From Octopus vulgaris (taxonomy: Eukaryota), in contig OX597819.1 of the NCBI GenBank assembly GCA_951406725.2, positions 65,968,001 to 66,032,000 on the forward strand: a stretch of 64,000 nucleotides of DNA, read 5' to 3'. Shown piece by piece: positions 1 to 12,269 of the stretch. The position numbers and the translations under genes are program-made. The number at the start of each line of letters is the position of its first letter. Positions within the stretch are counted from its first letter, which is position 1. The notes beneath the pieces are model-generated. The model had not been told where the DNA came from and ran no database searches. It saw only the letters and a program-made list of their open reading frames with translations.

Positions 1-59
1 TATATGTATGCATATGTATGTATGTATATGTATGCATATGTATGTATGTATATGTATGC

Positions 60-91
<32 letters not shown>

Positions 92-427
92 GTATGTGTA
101 TATATATATATACATATATACATATATATATATATATGTATGTGTATATATATATATATGTATATGTGTATATATATATATGTATATATGTATATATATA
201 TATGTATATATATGTATATATATATATGTATATATATGTATATATATATGTATATATATGTATATATATATGTATATATATGTATATATATATGTATATA
301 TATGTATGTATATATATATATGTATGTATGTATGTATATATATGTATGTATGTATGTATATATATATATGTATGTATGTATATATATATATATATATGTA
401 TGTATATATATGTATATATATATATAC
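1..427. repeat. (TA)n/(TATG)n compound microsatellite
   Basis: Directly visible low-complexity tract; source of the spurious YI/VC ORFs. Confidence 0.97.
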
Positions 428-878
428 TTAAGTAATCATTAGATCGTATCTAAGCAGAAAAAGTTTTTAAAAGGAAAATAAACACCTGTAAAACACGACC
501 GTTTCGATGTTATCTTTCGGTCGGTAGCACTGGTAGCACTGGGCGTCAAATTGTACACTTCCGGTTTGACATGATGCTATATCAATAAGTATATATAAAT
601 AAAGCAATATGTACTATATAAACTAATTCAAAAGATCATTTAAACAGCAGGTCTGATATTTTAGCGAAGTGTCGTAAAGAAAACAAATACTATCTAAAAA
701 TCTATAACAAGGTCACTGAATATGATCGATTTGCTAATCGCAAGCAGCAATACCGGAAGTTTTAGGCTATACTTTATATTTACCATCTGCTTTAACCAGA
801 AACGTTCATTAATTGTTCATATCGAAAAATTTCTCTGTTGACGTATATTTAGATGATTGTCACCGAGCTGCACTCGAT

Positions 879-910
<32 letters not shown>

Positions 911-914
911 ACAA

Positions 915-962
<48 letters not shown>

Positions 963-1419
963 GGTGTGTATAACAAAAAGAAAAAAGCCTTAAACCATAT
1001 GTATACTTTCAATATTATATGAAGAATTATTGTGTATGTGCGTGGGCAAGTGTATATATGTACATGCATGCATACATACATATACATACATACATGCACG
1101 CACATACACGAACACACATAAATGCATGTACATATACATATATATATACGTGTGTGTGTGTGTGTGTATGTATATTTATGTATACATATATATTCTACAT
1201 GCGTATATGGATGCATGCATATATACACGTATCGTATGTTATCTATTTCTATCCAATGTATTTCTTTGCTGATGATATACAAAGAACTTTAGTGATGAAC
1301 TGAAAAGGAATACTTTTTTTCTGTTTGTATGGTTCATATTGGTCATTAGTAGCTTTATGGCAGGTACACGTTTCCATTGTTTGTTGCAGGTAACATATAC
1401 ACGCAAATACAATGGTTGA

Positions 1420-1790
1420 CATCAAAACTAGAATAGCAAGTCAGGAAGGCAGGTATGGGAATCAGTGTAGAGAAGACAGAAACAGTGGGAATAACAAATC
1501 CTGATAAACAACAACAAAAATAAAGATCGATCAACAAAATATCGATACAATAGATTCGGGTAACGTTATCAGTAATAATGGTGTCATGAAGACTCATGTC
1601 AGCCATAGAATCGGTAAAGGCGCTACCGTATTCCAAAGAATGCGTGATATCTGACCCTCCAGTCCGCCTATGCACAAAGATCTGACCAAAAAAAAAAAAC
1701 ATAGTTCTACCAACAGTCTTTTATGCCAGAGATGCATGGGAGAGCACCGTCAGAATCGATAGAGAGTTAGATGAGTTACAAAAACGTTTA
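1420..1790 (+). mobile_element. Degenerate RTE-clade LINE relic, post-RT region, left part
   Basis: Translates to GNVISNNGVMKTHVSHRIGKGATVFQRMRDI* and IVLPTVFYARDAWESTVRIDRELDELQKR, resembling RTE motifs LGSxIxxxG..RIxKA and VLPTLLYGxETW. Confidence 0.75.
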
Positions 1791-1792
1791 TA

Positions 1793-2025
1793 TATTTCTT
1801 TATTGCTCACAAGGGGCTAAATATTGAGGGGACAAACAAGGACAGGCAAAGGGATTAAGTTGATTACATCGACTCCAGTGTATAACTAGCACTTTAGTTA
1901 TCGACCCCGAAAGGATGAAAGGCAAAGTCGACCTCGGCGGAATTTGAACTCAGAACATAACGGCAGACGAAATACCGCTAAGCATTTCGCCCGGCGCGCT
2001 AACTCTTCTGCCAGCTCGCCGCCTT
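1793..2025 (-). mobile_element. tRNA-derived SINE family A, full-length copy
   Basis: Minus strand begins AAGGCGGCGAGCTGGCAGAA, has B-box-like GAGTTCAAATTCC, core GCCTTTCATCCTTTCGGGGTCGATAA and tail ..AGCCCCTTGTG..AAAGAAATA; many copies in the window. Confidence 0.9.
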
Positions 2026-2028
2026 ATT

Positions 2029-2207
2029 CTTAGGACCGACTGACCCGTGCTCGACCGCCGTTAACACGGAACCCTTCTCCACTTCGGTCTTCGAAGGTCT
2101 CATTCGAATATTTGCTACTACCACCGAGATCTGCACCCGCAGTCAGCTTCACCCGGGCTCGCGCCCGCGGCTTCCATGCACGCCTCGGCGCCCTCCTATT
2201 CGACCGG
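2029..2207 (-). pseudogene. 28S (LSU) rRNA fragment, dispersed pseudogene
   Basis: Minus strand GTGCAGATCTCGGTGGTAGTAGCAAATATTCGAATGAG..CGAAGTGGAGAAGGGTTCCGTGT..GGGTCAGTCGGTCCTAAG matches the conserved eukaryotic 28S segment preceding expansion segment D7; only about 180 nt are present. Confidence 0.92.
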
Positions 2208-2209
2208 GA

Positions 2210-2480
2210 TTCTGAGATTCTGAGAATATACTGGCTTAACCACATAATTATTGAGGACATTCTGAAGAGACCTAGCACAAGATCACTGAGCGAAATTCTC
2301 ACAGTGTGACGATTAAAACTAGCTGGTCACATACTCCGGCTACCAGAACAATGCCGTTTATAACAGCTTTAAAATAACTACCACCGAGGGCGGGGGAAGA
2401 TAGAGACGAAGCCCGAAAGCTGTATGGCGCTGAATATTCATAACGAACATAAGAGAAGCCAATATCACAATGGTGAATGC
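2210..2480 (+). mobile_element. Degenerate RTE LINE relic, right part (continuation of 1420-1790)
   Basis: ILRIYWLNHIIIEDILKRPSTRSLSEILTV*RLKLAGHILRLPE resembles RTE ILRISWxDxxTNEEVL..RRLRWAGHxxR. Confidence 0.8.
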
Positions 2481-2728
2481 TGAGAAAACTGCCGCAAACG
2501 GAAATGAGTATATGTGTATGTGTGTGCATGTATGTGTATGTTTATGTGAGTGCTTTGTGTGTCTGTACGCGTGTTGAAAAGTGGTTAAATGTTTCTGTAC
2601 AAGCTACATAAACAAACAAACAAAAATGCATGAAAACGCACAATAAGGTTTAAACAATTGTTGGAAAGAATGACTCGAGTATATGGTGCTAATGAGCTAA
2701 AAAAAGTTGCATAATATCGATATCTGTT

Positions 2729-2916
2729 TCTTTACTACCAACAAGGGGCCACACACAGAGGGGACAAACAAGGACAGACAAACGGATTAACTCGATTACA
2801 TCGACCCCAGTGCGTAACTGGTACTTAATTTATCGACCCCGAAAGGATGAAAGGCAAAGTCGAACTCTGTATTTTTTTTTTTTATAGCTAAGTGTCCGAA
2901 GACACTGGATAAGACA
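2729..2916 (-). mobile_element. 5'-truncated SINE A with about 50 nt of extra 5' sequence, 19-bp TSD
   Basis: CATAATATCGATATCTGTT at 2710-2728 and 2917-2935 flanks the insert. Confidence 0.8.
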
Positions 2917-3195
2917 CATAATATCGATATCTGTTGCTTTTGATCACATCTGGGGAGATTCATTTCGCCTGGTTTTGTGATTTTACTGTGTTTTAAACGC
3001 TATGTCTTTGAAGGGGCTTTCTTTGGACGAAATGCTGCAGCCTTAAATTGTAATCTTTTCGAAAAACTAAAAGACAGAAAAAAATATGCATTTCATTCAG
3101 ATACGTTAAATCTTTTTAATACAACACATCTGTTTTTAACTTCTAATTTTACAAAAAAAAAGATTAGAATTGTTTTAACTTTATAATTGATCATT

Positions 3196-3328
<133 letters not shown>

Positions 3329-3409
3329 TTAGGGTAAAATCATTATTTAACGATTTATCTATGGTCAGCATACTCATACTAAAAATACCATAATGGTTAA
3401 TTTATATTA

Positions 3410-3685
3410 AAATTATAATAAGGGTGTTGAAAGATTACAACACCAGTCTGCTAGAAATAGACCCCAAATGGTCTATGAACCACTTAGATTATTACTCCAC
3501 TACAGAAGGTTGTAAGCGAGGAAAATGGACAGCGAGGATTTATAAAATAATTTGGATAGTACCAATACTATAAATTTCATGGTTTGAGTTAATAAAAACC
3601 CTTTCCGATCATCAGTAGAAATATACTTCATTCGGGGTCTGTTTCTACCAGACTGGTGTTGCAATCATTGAACACCCTTATTATA

Positions 3686-3689
<4 letters not shown>
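3410..3689 (-). mobile_element. Probable PLE pseudo-LTR relic with inverted duplication and degenerate hammerhead
   Basis: About 56-bp inverted arms at 3410-3465 and 3634-3689; minus strand cta-CTGATGA..GAAA-tt-TA-tag at 3568-3618. Confidence 0.5.
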
Positions 3690-3690
<1 letters not shown>

Positions 3691-3745
<55 letters not shown>

Positions 3746-3824
3746 TGTATGTATATGTATATATGCATAAATATATATGTATATATGCATAAATATATAT
3801 ATATGTATGTATATGTATATATGC

Positions 3825-3873
<49 letters not shown>

Positions 3874-4059
3874 TACATATATGTATATATATATGCATAT
3901 ATATATATATACATATATGTATATATATATATGCATATATATATATACATACATATATACATATATGTATATATATATGCATATATATATATATACATAC
4001 ATATATACATATATGTATATATATATATGCATATATATATATATACACACACATATACA

Positions 4060-4117
<58 letters not shown>

Positions 4118-4162
4118 CACACACACAAACAAATACACACACGCACAATCACACACACACAC
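3691..4162. repeat. (TA)n/(GA)n/(CA)n compound microsatellite
   Basis: Directly visible. Confidence 0.95.
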
Positions 4163-4819
4163 AACCAGTGTAAACAAGAAATTGTTATGAATAGTCTCAA
4201 AGTTTCTATATTCGCCGAGGCTATTTTATTTAAACATTACACACGAACACAGAACAGAAATTTCTATTTTCACCGCCTTCTTTACATTACCGAAGACAGC
4301 GTTGGGAAAGACGCACAACTATTTTGCTTTCGACGTAAGTCATTCCTGCTCATGTAAATACCAAGCTATAGGAGGTCGATAAATATCAACGAACCCCAGG
4401 GTAGCATCGCTGATAATGAGTCAGAAAAGGATAGCGACATGAATAAAAACTATGAATTCTGGGGATACGATCAGTAAGTGTTGTTATCTTAGCTAGGATG
4501 TCCAAAATGTTATTTGTATATTAACTTCTATCGTCAGCGGATGTTTTTTTTTTTTTTAGGTGAGGCGGTAATAATTATGATGTTTTTGCAAATAAGCACT
4601 TGTTGAAAACAAATGTAATATTGTCTTGATCTCTTGATCGTTGAAAAGGGTTTGAAATAAACAAACATCTCCATTTTCTGACACTAAATACTGACTAAAT
4701 CCTCGTGTTCCTTTTCCTGGTAGCTTATGCTTTTGAAAAATAATCTAAGTCATGATTATCTTCTGGGTATTATTGCCGCGTGTTTAAGAAGAACAATTTC
4801 CAACAATATGAATTCTAGT

Positions 4820-5075
4820 TTAGTTGCGCTCCATGGTACCTTAGCAAATGTCTTCTATTATACCTCCATGCATTGTGAGCGAATTTGGTTGATAGAAACT
4901 GTGTGAAAACCCGTCGAATATATGTATGTATGTGTATCTTTGAGGGTGTATATGCCCCCACCGCCTCCATCATTCGACAACCGATGCTGGTTTGTTTACT
5001 TTCCCGTAACTGTGCAGCTTCGATTGAAGAAACCAGCACAATAAGACTTTAAAAAGAAAAATTAAAACTGGAGTT
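4820..5075 (+). mobile_element. SINE family B, degenerate copy
   Basis: Similar to the full copy at 46443-46852 (GGTACCTTAGCAAATGTCTT, GACAACCGATGCTGG). Confidence 0.7.
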
Positions 5076-5230
5076 GATTTACATTATCTAGATTTGGTGG
5101 ATATTTGTCCTCACCTTGTTTATTGTTAACACGTTTCGGCTTACATACCCTCCCGCCTTCATCAGGTGTCTTGGGGAAATTTCGAACATGAGTTCTCATT
5201 CCTAGGATATTTTTTCGATGTTGTTGTTGT
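5076..5230 (-). mobile_element. PLE pseudo-LTR (tRNA-HHR family), partial copy with hammerhead motif
   Basis: Minus strand CCAAGACAC-CTGATGA-AGGCGGGAGGGTATGTAAGCC-GAAACGTGTTAAC. Confidence 0.8.
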
Positions 5231-5575
5231 TGAGTTCAAATTCCGCCGATGTCGACTTTGCCTTCCATCCTTTCGGGGTCGATTAAATAAGTACCAGTTA
5301 CGCACTGGGGTCGATATAATCGACTTAATCCGTTTGTCTGTCCTTGTATGTCTCCTCTGTGTTTAGCTCTTTGTGGGTCGTAAAGAAATAGGTATTTCGT
5401 CTGCCGTTGCGTTGTGAGTTTAAATTCCGCCGAGGTCGACTTTGCCTTTCATCCTTTCGGGATCGATTAAATAATTACCAGTTACGCATTGGGGTAGATG
5501 TAATCGACTTAATCCCTTTGTCTGTCCTTGTTTGTCCACACTATGTTTAGCCACTTGTGGGTAATAAATAAATAG
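5231..5575 (+). mobile_element. SINE A, tandem dimer of 3' halves
   Basis: Two consecutive GAGTTCAAATTCCGCCGA..GGGGTCGAT..TGTGGGT units. Confidence 0.85.
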
Positions 5576-5619
5576 CATCTCTTTTTTTATCCTGACACTT
5601 ACAAATTTGAAAAAGGTCA

Positions 5620-6045
5620 TCATACATAGTAGTTAAAGAAAAAACCGAAAGTGTAGGTAAAATACCATAATATTTAATCACTACTCTTTTGTGAAGCAGC
5701 ATAAAACTTTATCCCAGCAATAAAGGTTTATAAGAATCATCCATTGTTGAAAAGCTGATAGCATTATTATAGTAAATATTGCTGTTAAGAGTAACATCAC
5801 AAATAGTAAACCTCTAATTAGTTTCTTGTGTGGAAGAGACCATAGTAATTATAAAAGTAGATTTAATAGGCAATCTCATATTAATGGCAAACGAAGTATG
5901 AATAAAAATTGTCTGTACTTCCAGAATTAATTAAAGTGTCAACGTCTTTGTTATTTATTGTTGTCGTAACAATTGACTTTTCAGCAGAATCTGGAACAGC
6001 TGCGAATGTTTTTAAAATGGTACTTGATGACTTACAACGGCTACT
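5620..6045 (-). mobile_element. Gypsy/Ty3-type LTR retrotransposon aspartic protease relic
   Basis: KSIVTTTINNKDVDTLINSGSTDNF matches the retropepsin LIDSGST motif with D->N; downstream LLLG*SFMLLHKRVVIKYYG resembles the ILGxDF motif; frameshifted. Confidence 0.65.
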
Positions 6046-6078
6046 CTTTTTGTTGGTGTTGTTGTTGTTGTTGTTGTT

Positions 6079-6270
6079 AAGGCAACGAGCCGGCAGAATG
6101 CATACCAGTATTTCGCTACGTACTGAGTTCAAATTCCAACTAGATCGACTTTGCCTTTCATCCTTCTGGGATCGATAAATTAAGTACCAGTTGAGTACTG
6201 GGGTCGATGTAATCAACCGTTTACCATACCCACCAAATTTCAGGCCTTATGCCTATAGTAGAAAGGATTA
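6079..6270 (+). mobile_element. SINE A (short-tail variant)
   Basis: AAGGCAACGAGCCGGCAGAA head, core domain and tail CAGGCCTTATGCCTATAGTAGAAAGGATTATT. Confidence 0.8.
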
Positions 6271-6277
6271 TTATTAC

Positions 6278-6325
<48 letters not shown>

Positions 6326-6379
6326 CATCATCATCATTATTGCTGTTGTTGTTGTTGTTATCATTATTTGTTATTTTTG

Positions 6380-6476
<97 letters not shown>

Positions 6477-6487
6477 CAGTAGTAGTA
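6268..6487. repeat. (ATT)n/(GTT)n/(AGT)n microsatellite
   Basis: Directly visible. Confidence 0.95.
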
Positions 6488-6916
6488 TTTATAGGATTGA
6501 GGTAACTTCTATATCTTCTGGAGGGGTTACATCAATCCTATAAAGATTAACCAAAATGAAGTAGATTGACACGTTTATTTTTTAAACCTGTGGAAGACAC
6601 AGGAAATATCGTTCACTAGATAACAATGGCACGCTTCTTTTTTTGCAATTATTATTGCCAGTATGAAAGGAGCCATTCTGAGGATACACCTGTAATTTAA
6701 AAAGGTATTACAAAAGGAGAAAGGGGCTCTCTACCCCCCTTTTGACCAGGCTCCCGTTGGCTTTTATGGGTTTCCCCACCAGGAACCAGATTTTCGTTGT
6801 TACACTGTTTTTACACGGTTTTTTTACAAACGGACAAAACCCTTTGTAACCTTTCGTCTTGTTTTGTCCCTTTATGTTTTAATTAATTTTTGTCAGCCCT
6901 TGTAGCCAATAAAAGA

Positions 6917-6918
<2 letters not shown>

Positions 6919-6964
<46 letters not shown>

Positions 6965-7003
6965 TATTATTATTATTATTACTATTATTATTATTATTAT
7001 TAC

Positions 7004-7083
<80 letters not shown>
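6919..7083. repeat. (ATT)n microsatellite followed by a SINE A head
   Basis: Directly visible. Confidence 0.95.
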
Positions 7084-7084
<1 letters not shown>

Positions 7085-7919
7085 GGCGGTGAGCTGACAG
7101 GACAATATGCTTTGCTGCATTTCGTCTGTCTGCATATTCTGACTTCAAATTCTACCAAGGTCGACTTTGCCTTTTCACCTTAAAATCAGCACCAACCGAG
7201 CAGTGAAATCAGATGCACTCGACCATTCTTCCCTCACCAAAAAGACCTTGTGTGCGCGCGTATTTGTAGAAAAGACTATTATGATTTTGATCTGAAAGCG
7301 TTTCAGAAGTGACATATTTTTCATGTGAATGGCAAAGAATTACTTTGGCAGCAAAATGCCATTTTTATGAATCTACGTCGTCTTCCCACTTCGCCCTTTC
7401 AGACTCGCAGAATGCATTTAGATTCCTTTGTAAAAGGATCCACTTGAAGAATTACATTGATGATTCTAGCGAATAAGTAATAGCATATTAGCCGTTGATG
7501 CTGATGTCTAGAATAAAGAAAGTACCACTTATTTGGGGCCTATTCAAACTTCAGTGCCACATGTATTCCTATATATATTTTATGTCCACAATTTTTTTAA
7601 CGATCTTTTGCATGTATAGGGTCGTGTCGTAAACCTGAATAAAATACGAACAGTCAATATCTTTTCTCCAAGATATCGAATGGAAGTTACTACTTTGCAA
7701 CAATACAAGAATGAGAATTGCAATACATGAATACATATAGTATGCAATGGCTTCTGTACAATTTACCAATAAGTAGGCAATTATCTCTCTCTGTATGTAT
7801 ATATATATATATATATATATATAAATATATCTTCTTTCCTGAACGTCCAATAACACTATACTTGTTCCACGTCCACGCACTGTTGTGTTTTCTCTTTGTG
7901 TTTTTATATTTGGATTAAC

Positions 7920-8095
<176 letters not shown>

Positions 8096-8340
8096 GGAAC
8101 AATAGAGGGCATTAAAACGTTCCGACAGATAGACGATAAAAAGGCGGACAAGGGAAACAACAATTAGAAAGACAAGCAAAAAAAGATGGGTCATTCTTGA
8201 ATTTCTTTCATCAGTCAAGTACCAGGAGTCACGACCATTTCGGGCAGTTACACTTGAGATGGTTCGATCTGGTTGCTCCCCAAAAAGACAAAGCTAAGAT
8301 CATAAGACCCCTTTGTAAGAAAGCTAGCGAATGATGTATA

Positions 8341-8392
<52 letters not shown>

Positions 8393-9289
8393 TGTGTGTT
8401 TCTCAATTTTTTGCCGATCCCTCTTTTTATTGTAATCAAATGTTTGTGCTGTATATTACCTCACTCCCTCCATCTAATTGATAATGCTGATATCATTGCA
8501 CGGGGTGCCACAGGTCACATGTCAAAATGATCACAAATCAACGTAAAATGAAGTGTTTTGCTCAATAAGGTAGAGTATAGTCCCGCTCAGGAATCGAAAC
8601 CACGATCTCGCGATCTTAAAAACTGACCTTGTGCCTAAATAACTTAATATCTATAGAAATTATGCACAATTCACGGCTACTATCAATAAACCAGACTTGA
8701 TTGTAAGCATTCACAATAACCAAAAGAAATATTTGCCCTCTTAAGTATTTGATAGTATACTCTTGATTGTGGTGTTGCATTTTCTGTTTAACTCTTCAAA
8801 TGGTGTTGTGCAAATTGTTCTCTCACCTTATAATTAAGAGATTATTTATCACAATTCAAGGTATTCTTTATAGTCATGTAAAACAAACGTGTTAGCTTGC
8901 ATTCAAGTTGATTCCGTCACTTTAGTAACAAAAGTGGACTCTTTCACATGAACTGTGAAAACAATAAGAAGGGATTTTGCGGTTGTATCCAACTCCATTT
9001 TGATTGACTTTTGACTTAAACCTTTGGGAAAAATCACCCTTAATTGCCTCCTCTGCAAATAATATGTGGAAGGTCGAGAATTGCGAGTACGTTAAGTATT
9101 TTCATTAAATTTCTTTAAGAAATTCTTGTTATTCAAAAATGGAAATGACGCAGTAGACTTACTTAAGCCATTCTCTCCTTTTTAGTAGTTAAGTCATCGA
9201 CGACTTATCTCTGCTATTCTCGACTCTAATCTGTCTTCGTCCAGGTCTTATCGGCTTTGAATTATCATTGATGCTTCAGAAATTTTGCT

Positions 9290-9480
9290 TTTTACTTGTC
9301 AGGAGTGTTAAACCTATGCAGAAACATTTTGTATCCCTGGGAGGAGGTAGTCCATATCAGTTTGGCCTCTATTTTTATTTTGATCTGTCAAACATTGGAG
9401 CCACCTAAAGAAGTTCGTACTTCAGTGACATAGCTCTGATGATAACTGCAGCGACGACCCATCGCATCACAGCAAGGACT
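9290..9480 (-). mobile_element. Old RTE-type LINE 5' UTR relic
   Basis: Plus strand TTTGATCTGTCAAACATTGGAGCCACCT..CATAGCTCT..CACAGCAAGG resembles the reverse complement of remembered RTE 5' ends. Confidence 0.4.
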
Positions 9481-9987
9481 AGATTTTGTGATGAAATGAC
9501 ATAGAAGAACAAAAGAATGATTGTTTTTAAATCAAGAAATATTTTATTAATTATATTTTAAAATTTTCTTTTAGAAATTTCCATTATGAGGGGCGGTGCG
9601 ATAAACTATTGACGTCTTCATGGAAGACGTCAATAATAGGAGTTTTTTGACTCCTGGATAGAAATGGTTGAAAGTAGTCTGTGTGATTTGAATCCACATT
9701 TTCTCTGATCATAACAGACGTTCTCCTATTGGATCAAAACAATTTTTTGAATTCCTCCACCCATTTTAGGAACTTTCTTGCTATCACCGGCAATTTTACG
9801 TTGGTGACGTCAGTAAGAATTTAGAAATTTCGACAGAACTTTGTGAAACACGATGCAGATGAAGCTTGTGTGTGTATATTAGTGTTTATACATATGACAA
9901 GGCCATATATATGGAGTGCCATGTTAGCTTGGCGATAACTATTAATACGCAGTACTGCTGCCGCAGTTTCCTTTATAGAGATTTAGA

Positions 9988-10044
<57 letters not shown>

Positions 10045-10046
<2 letters not shown>

Positions 10047-10205
10047 CACTTTTTTTTCTCTCCTTGTTTTTTTCTTTCCCTTTCTGTAGAAGCGTGTAAG
10101 CTTGAAACGTAAAAGACTTTTTCAATTCCTGAGCGTTATACTCATGCATCTGTTTGTTTTGTACACCACCTGTCTTCGTCTTTTGTTTTTTTCGTGAACG
10201 CTCCC
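10045..10205 (+). mobile_element. PLE-type pseudo-LTR relic with variant minimal hammerhead
   Basis: cttt-CTGTAGA-agc gtgtaa gct t-GAAA-CG-TA-aaag at 10080-10115; flanked by microsatellites. Confidence 0.5.
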
Positions 10206-10241
<36 letters not shown>

Positions 10242-12269
10242 AGTGTGTGTGTGTCTTGCTTCAAAAAATACAGTTTTATTCATTCATTCACTTAATATTT
10301 ATTCAGCTTGTAAACTTAGTAGTAATAGTATCACTCGAATAGTATTTAATGTTATCTTCATCGTCTTGTTTTGTAATTTCTGGCCACTCTATTATATCGT
10401 AATAACTGGTTTCTCTAACTCTTAAACTTAATAGAAATAAATCCAATTTATTGTTCGCATCTGGTTTTATAAGTCTAAAGTAAACCGGATAATGAATTTA
10501 TCAAAGGCTTTCGTAGAATTATCCTTTATCATGCGAGGATGAATTGTTATTGATGACATAACTAATTATAGTCACTTCTGAAGCGTGAAAATTGTTGTAA
10601 ATCCGTAATTTTAAGGAGTGAATATCGAACCGTAGTCATCTTTTACAATTTTGTAGTTGTCAACTAACGAAGCCGTTTCATCCACTGTTTATAATAAGTG
10701 GGAAGAACACAGCTACACAGGACTCTGTGATCTTATATAATTATATTTCTATTGTTTCTCTTCGCCCGAACGTATAAAATCTTTCAATTTCCACTGTTAA
10801 TGTTACAATATAAGACAATTTTAGAGCATCTAATACAACAACAATAACAAAAATGGTTTCAGATTTTGGCACCAAGCTAGCAATTCTGAGGGAAGTTGCA
10901 AGACGAAAACATTGACTCCAGTGTTCAAATGGTACTTTTTTCGAAATGATGGCAGGCCTCCGTGGAATTTGAACTCAAAACATCAAGAACACACAGAAAC
11001 GCTGCTGAACATTTAGTCCGACGCGCTAACGGTTCAACCACTTCCCTGCTTTGCAAATACCTAATAACCCCGTGTAGTATAGACACAAAGCCTGGAATTT
11101 TGAGAGAGTGGGCAAGTTCTCAATACTTCAAAGATACATATTTTATCAGTTCTAAAATGATGGGAGTCGACCACAGCAGTATTGGAGCTCGAAACGTAAA
11201 ACCGGAAGAAATTCTTCCAAGGACTTCGTCAGGGAAACTATCGATTCTTTTCCGTTTCACATACCAGATATATTTATTTTTTCGAACTTTCTACACGGAC
11301 GTAATTCTTCATTCTAACTGCGAAAATCATAATCATTTTTGGAGAAACTAAAAACAAAAGTTATGAGTGCTTAAATAGTGAATGCTTTATTTAAATTCCA
11401 GCCAATCAAATGTGGCCATTTCCGATTCACTAGCAGTCGCAATTGCCTTTACACTTTGCCATTTTGTTTTGCTTTTGAAGATACGATATTATACTAAATC
11501 ATTCTACGGTAACGTATATCGTTCTGTGGGAAACACTACATCGTTTACTAGTTACAAAGTGTCCCCACACACTTCTCAAATTCTTCACTCGTCGGCTAAA
11601 GATGACTTTCCAATTTCTTGTTTTTCTACGTTTGTTTAACAGTGTTCGCTCACGCTAATTCAATATCTTGTTAAGCGAATGCATGTCAATTCCAAAACTC
11701 AGTGTGTCGAAATAACCGCATGATATTGGTTGAAATTCCAAAACATTTCAGCTTTTAAAGGGTTATAAATTCATTTAAAATTTCTCCCTAATATGTGTAA
11801 GATTTTTGTGATTAACAAGAAATCTATGGCAGTCCAGATTTTTTCCTTTTAATAAGCAAATAAATATCGGCTCTGGTGTGCGAAACGAAAACAGCGCAAA
11901 TAACTTAAGATTCAAAAATAGCTTCCAAGGAAGTGTTAAATATGTAAATATATCTATCCGGCTTACTTTAGCCATTGATATCTATTATGAATTTATAATC
12001 GTTGTGTTTGTGGATTGTTAAAGAAGTTCCTTTGCTGCTGACGAAACTCCAAACAGAACTGAAATGTACGCAACATACAGCCGTTCCGTCATTTTCTGTT
12101 CACATACATAACGTGCGTTTAAAAGACATGGCGTTTAAAATCGTCGTGACATAGTTTTGGCTAAGGATCTCTAAATATGTTTTATAGCACATTAAGGTAT
12201 CGTCTTTTCGCATGTGACAACACTACAGCAACCATAATTGATTCCCCGTACTTTGCTCAAGGAGGGTCA

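Noticed and set aside
2029-2207. Functional rRNA gene or R2/R1 target site
   Set aside because: Only about 180 nt, no flanking rDNA, and the R2 site (TTAAGG/TAGCCA) is not included.
2030-2309. ORFs of 90 aa (minus) and 65 aa (plus)
   Set aside because: Chance frames across the 28S fragment and the RTE relic.
8185-8225. Minus-strand CTGATGA in a PLE-like relic
   Set aside because: No GAAA/UH module or stems follow; too degraded to call.
11400-11700. Tc1 transposase relic (WKVIFS/DE on minus); similar weak hints at about 6560-6693 and 7310-7700
   Set aside because: Only short frameshifted motifs and no paired TIRs; cannot be supported without a profile search.
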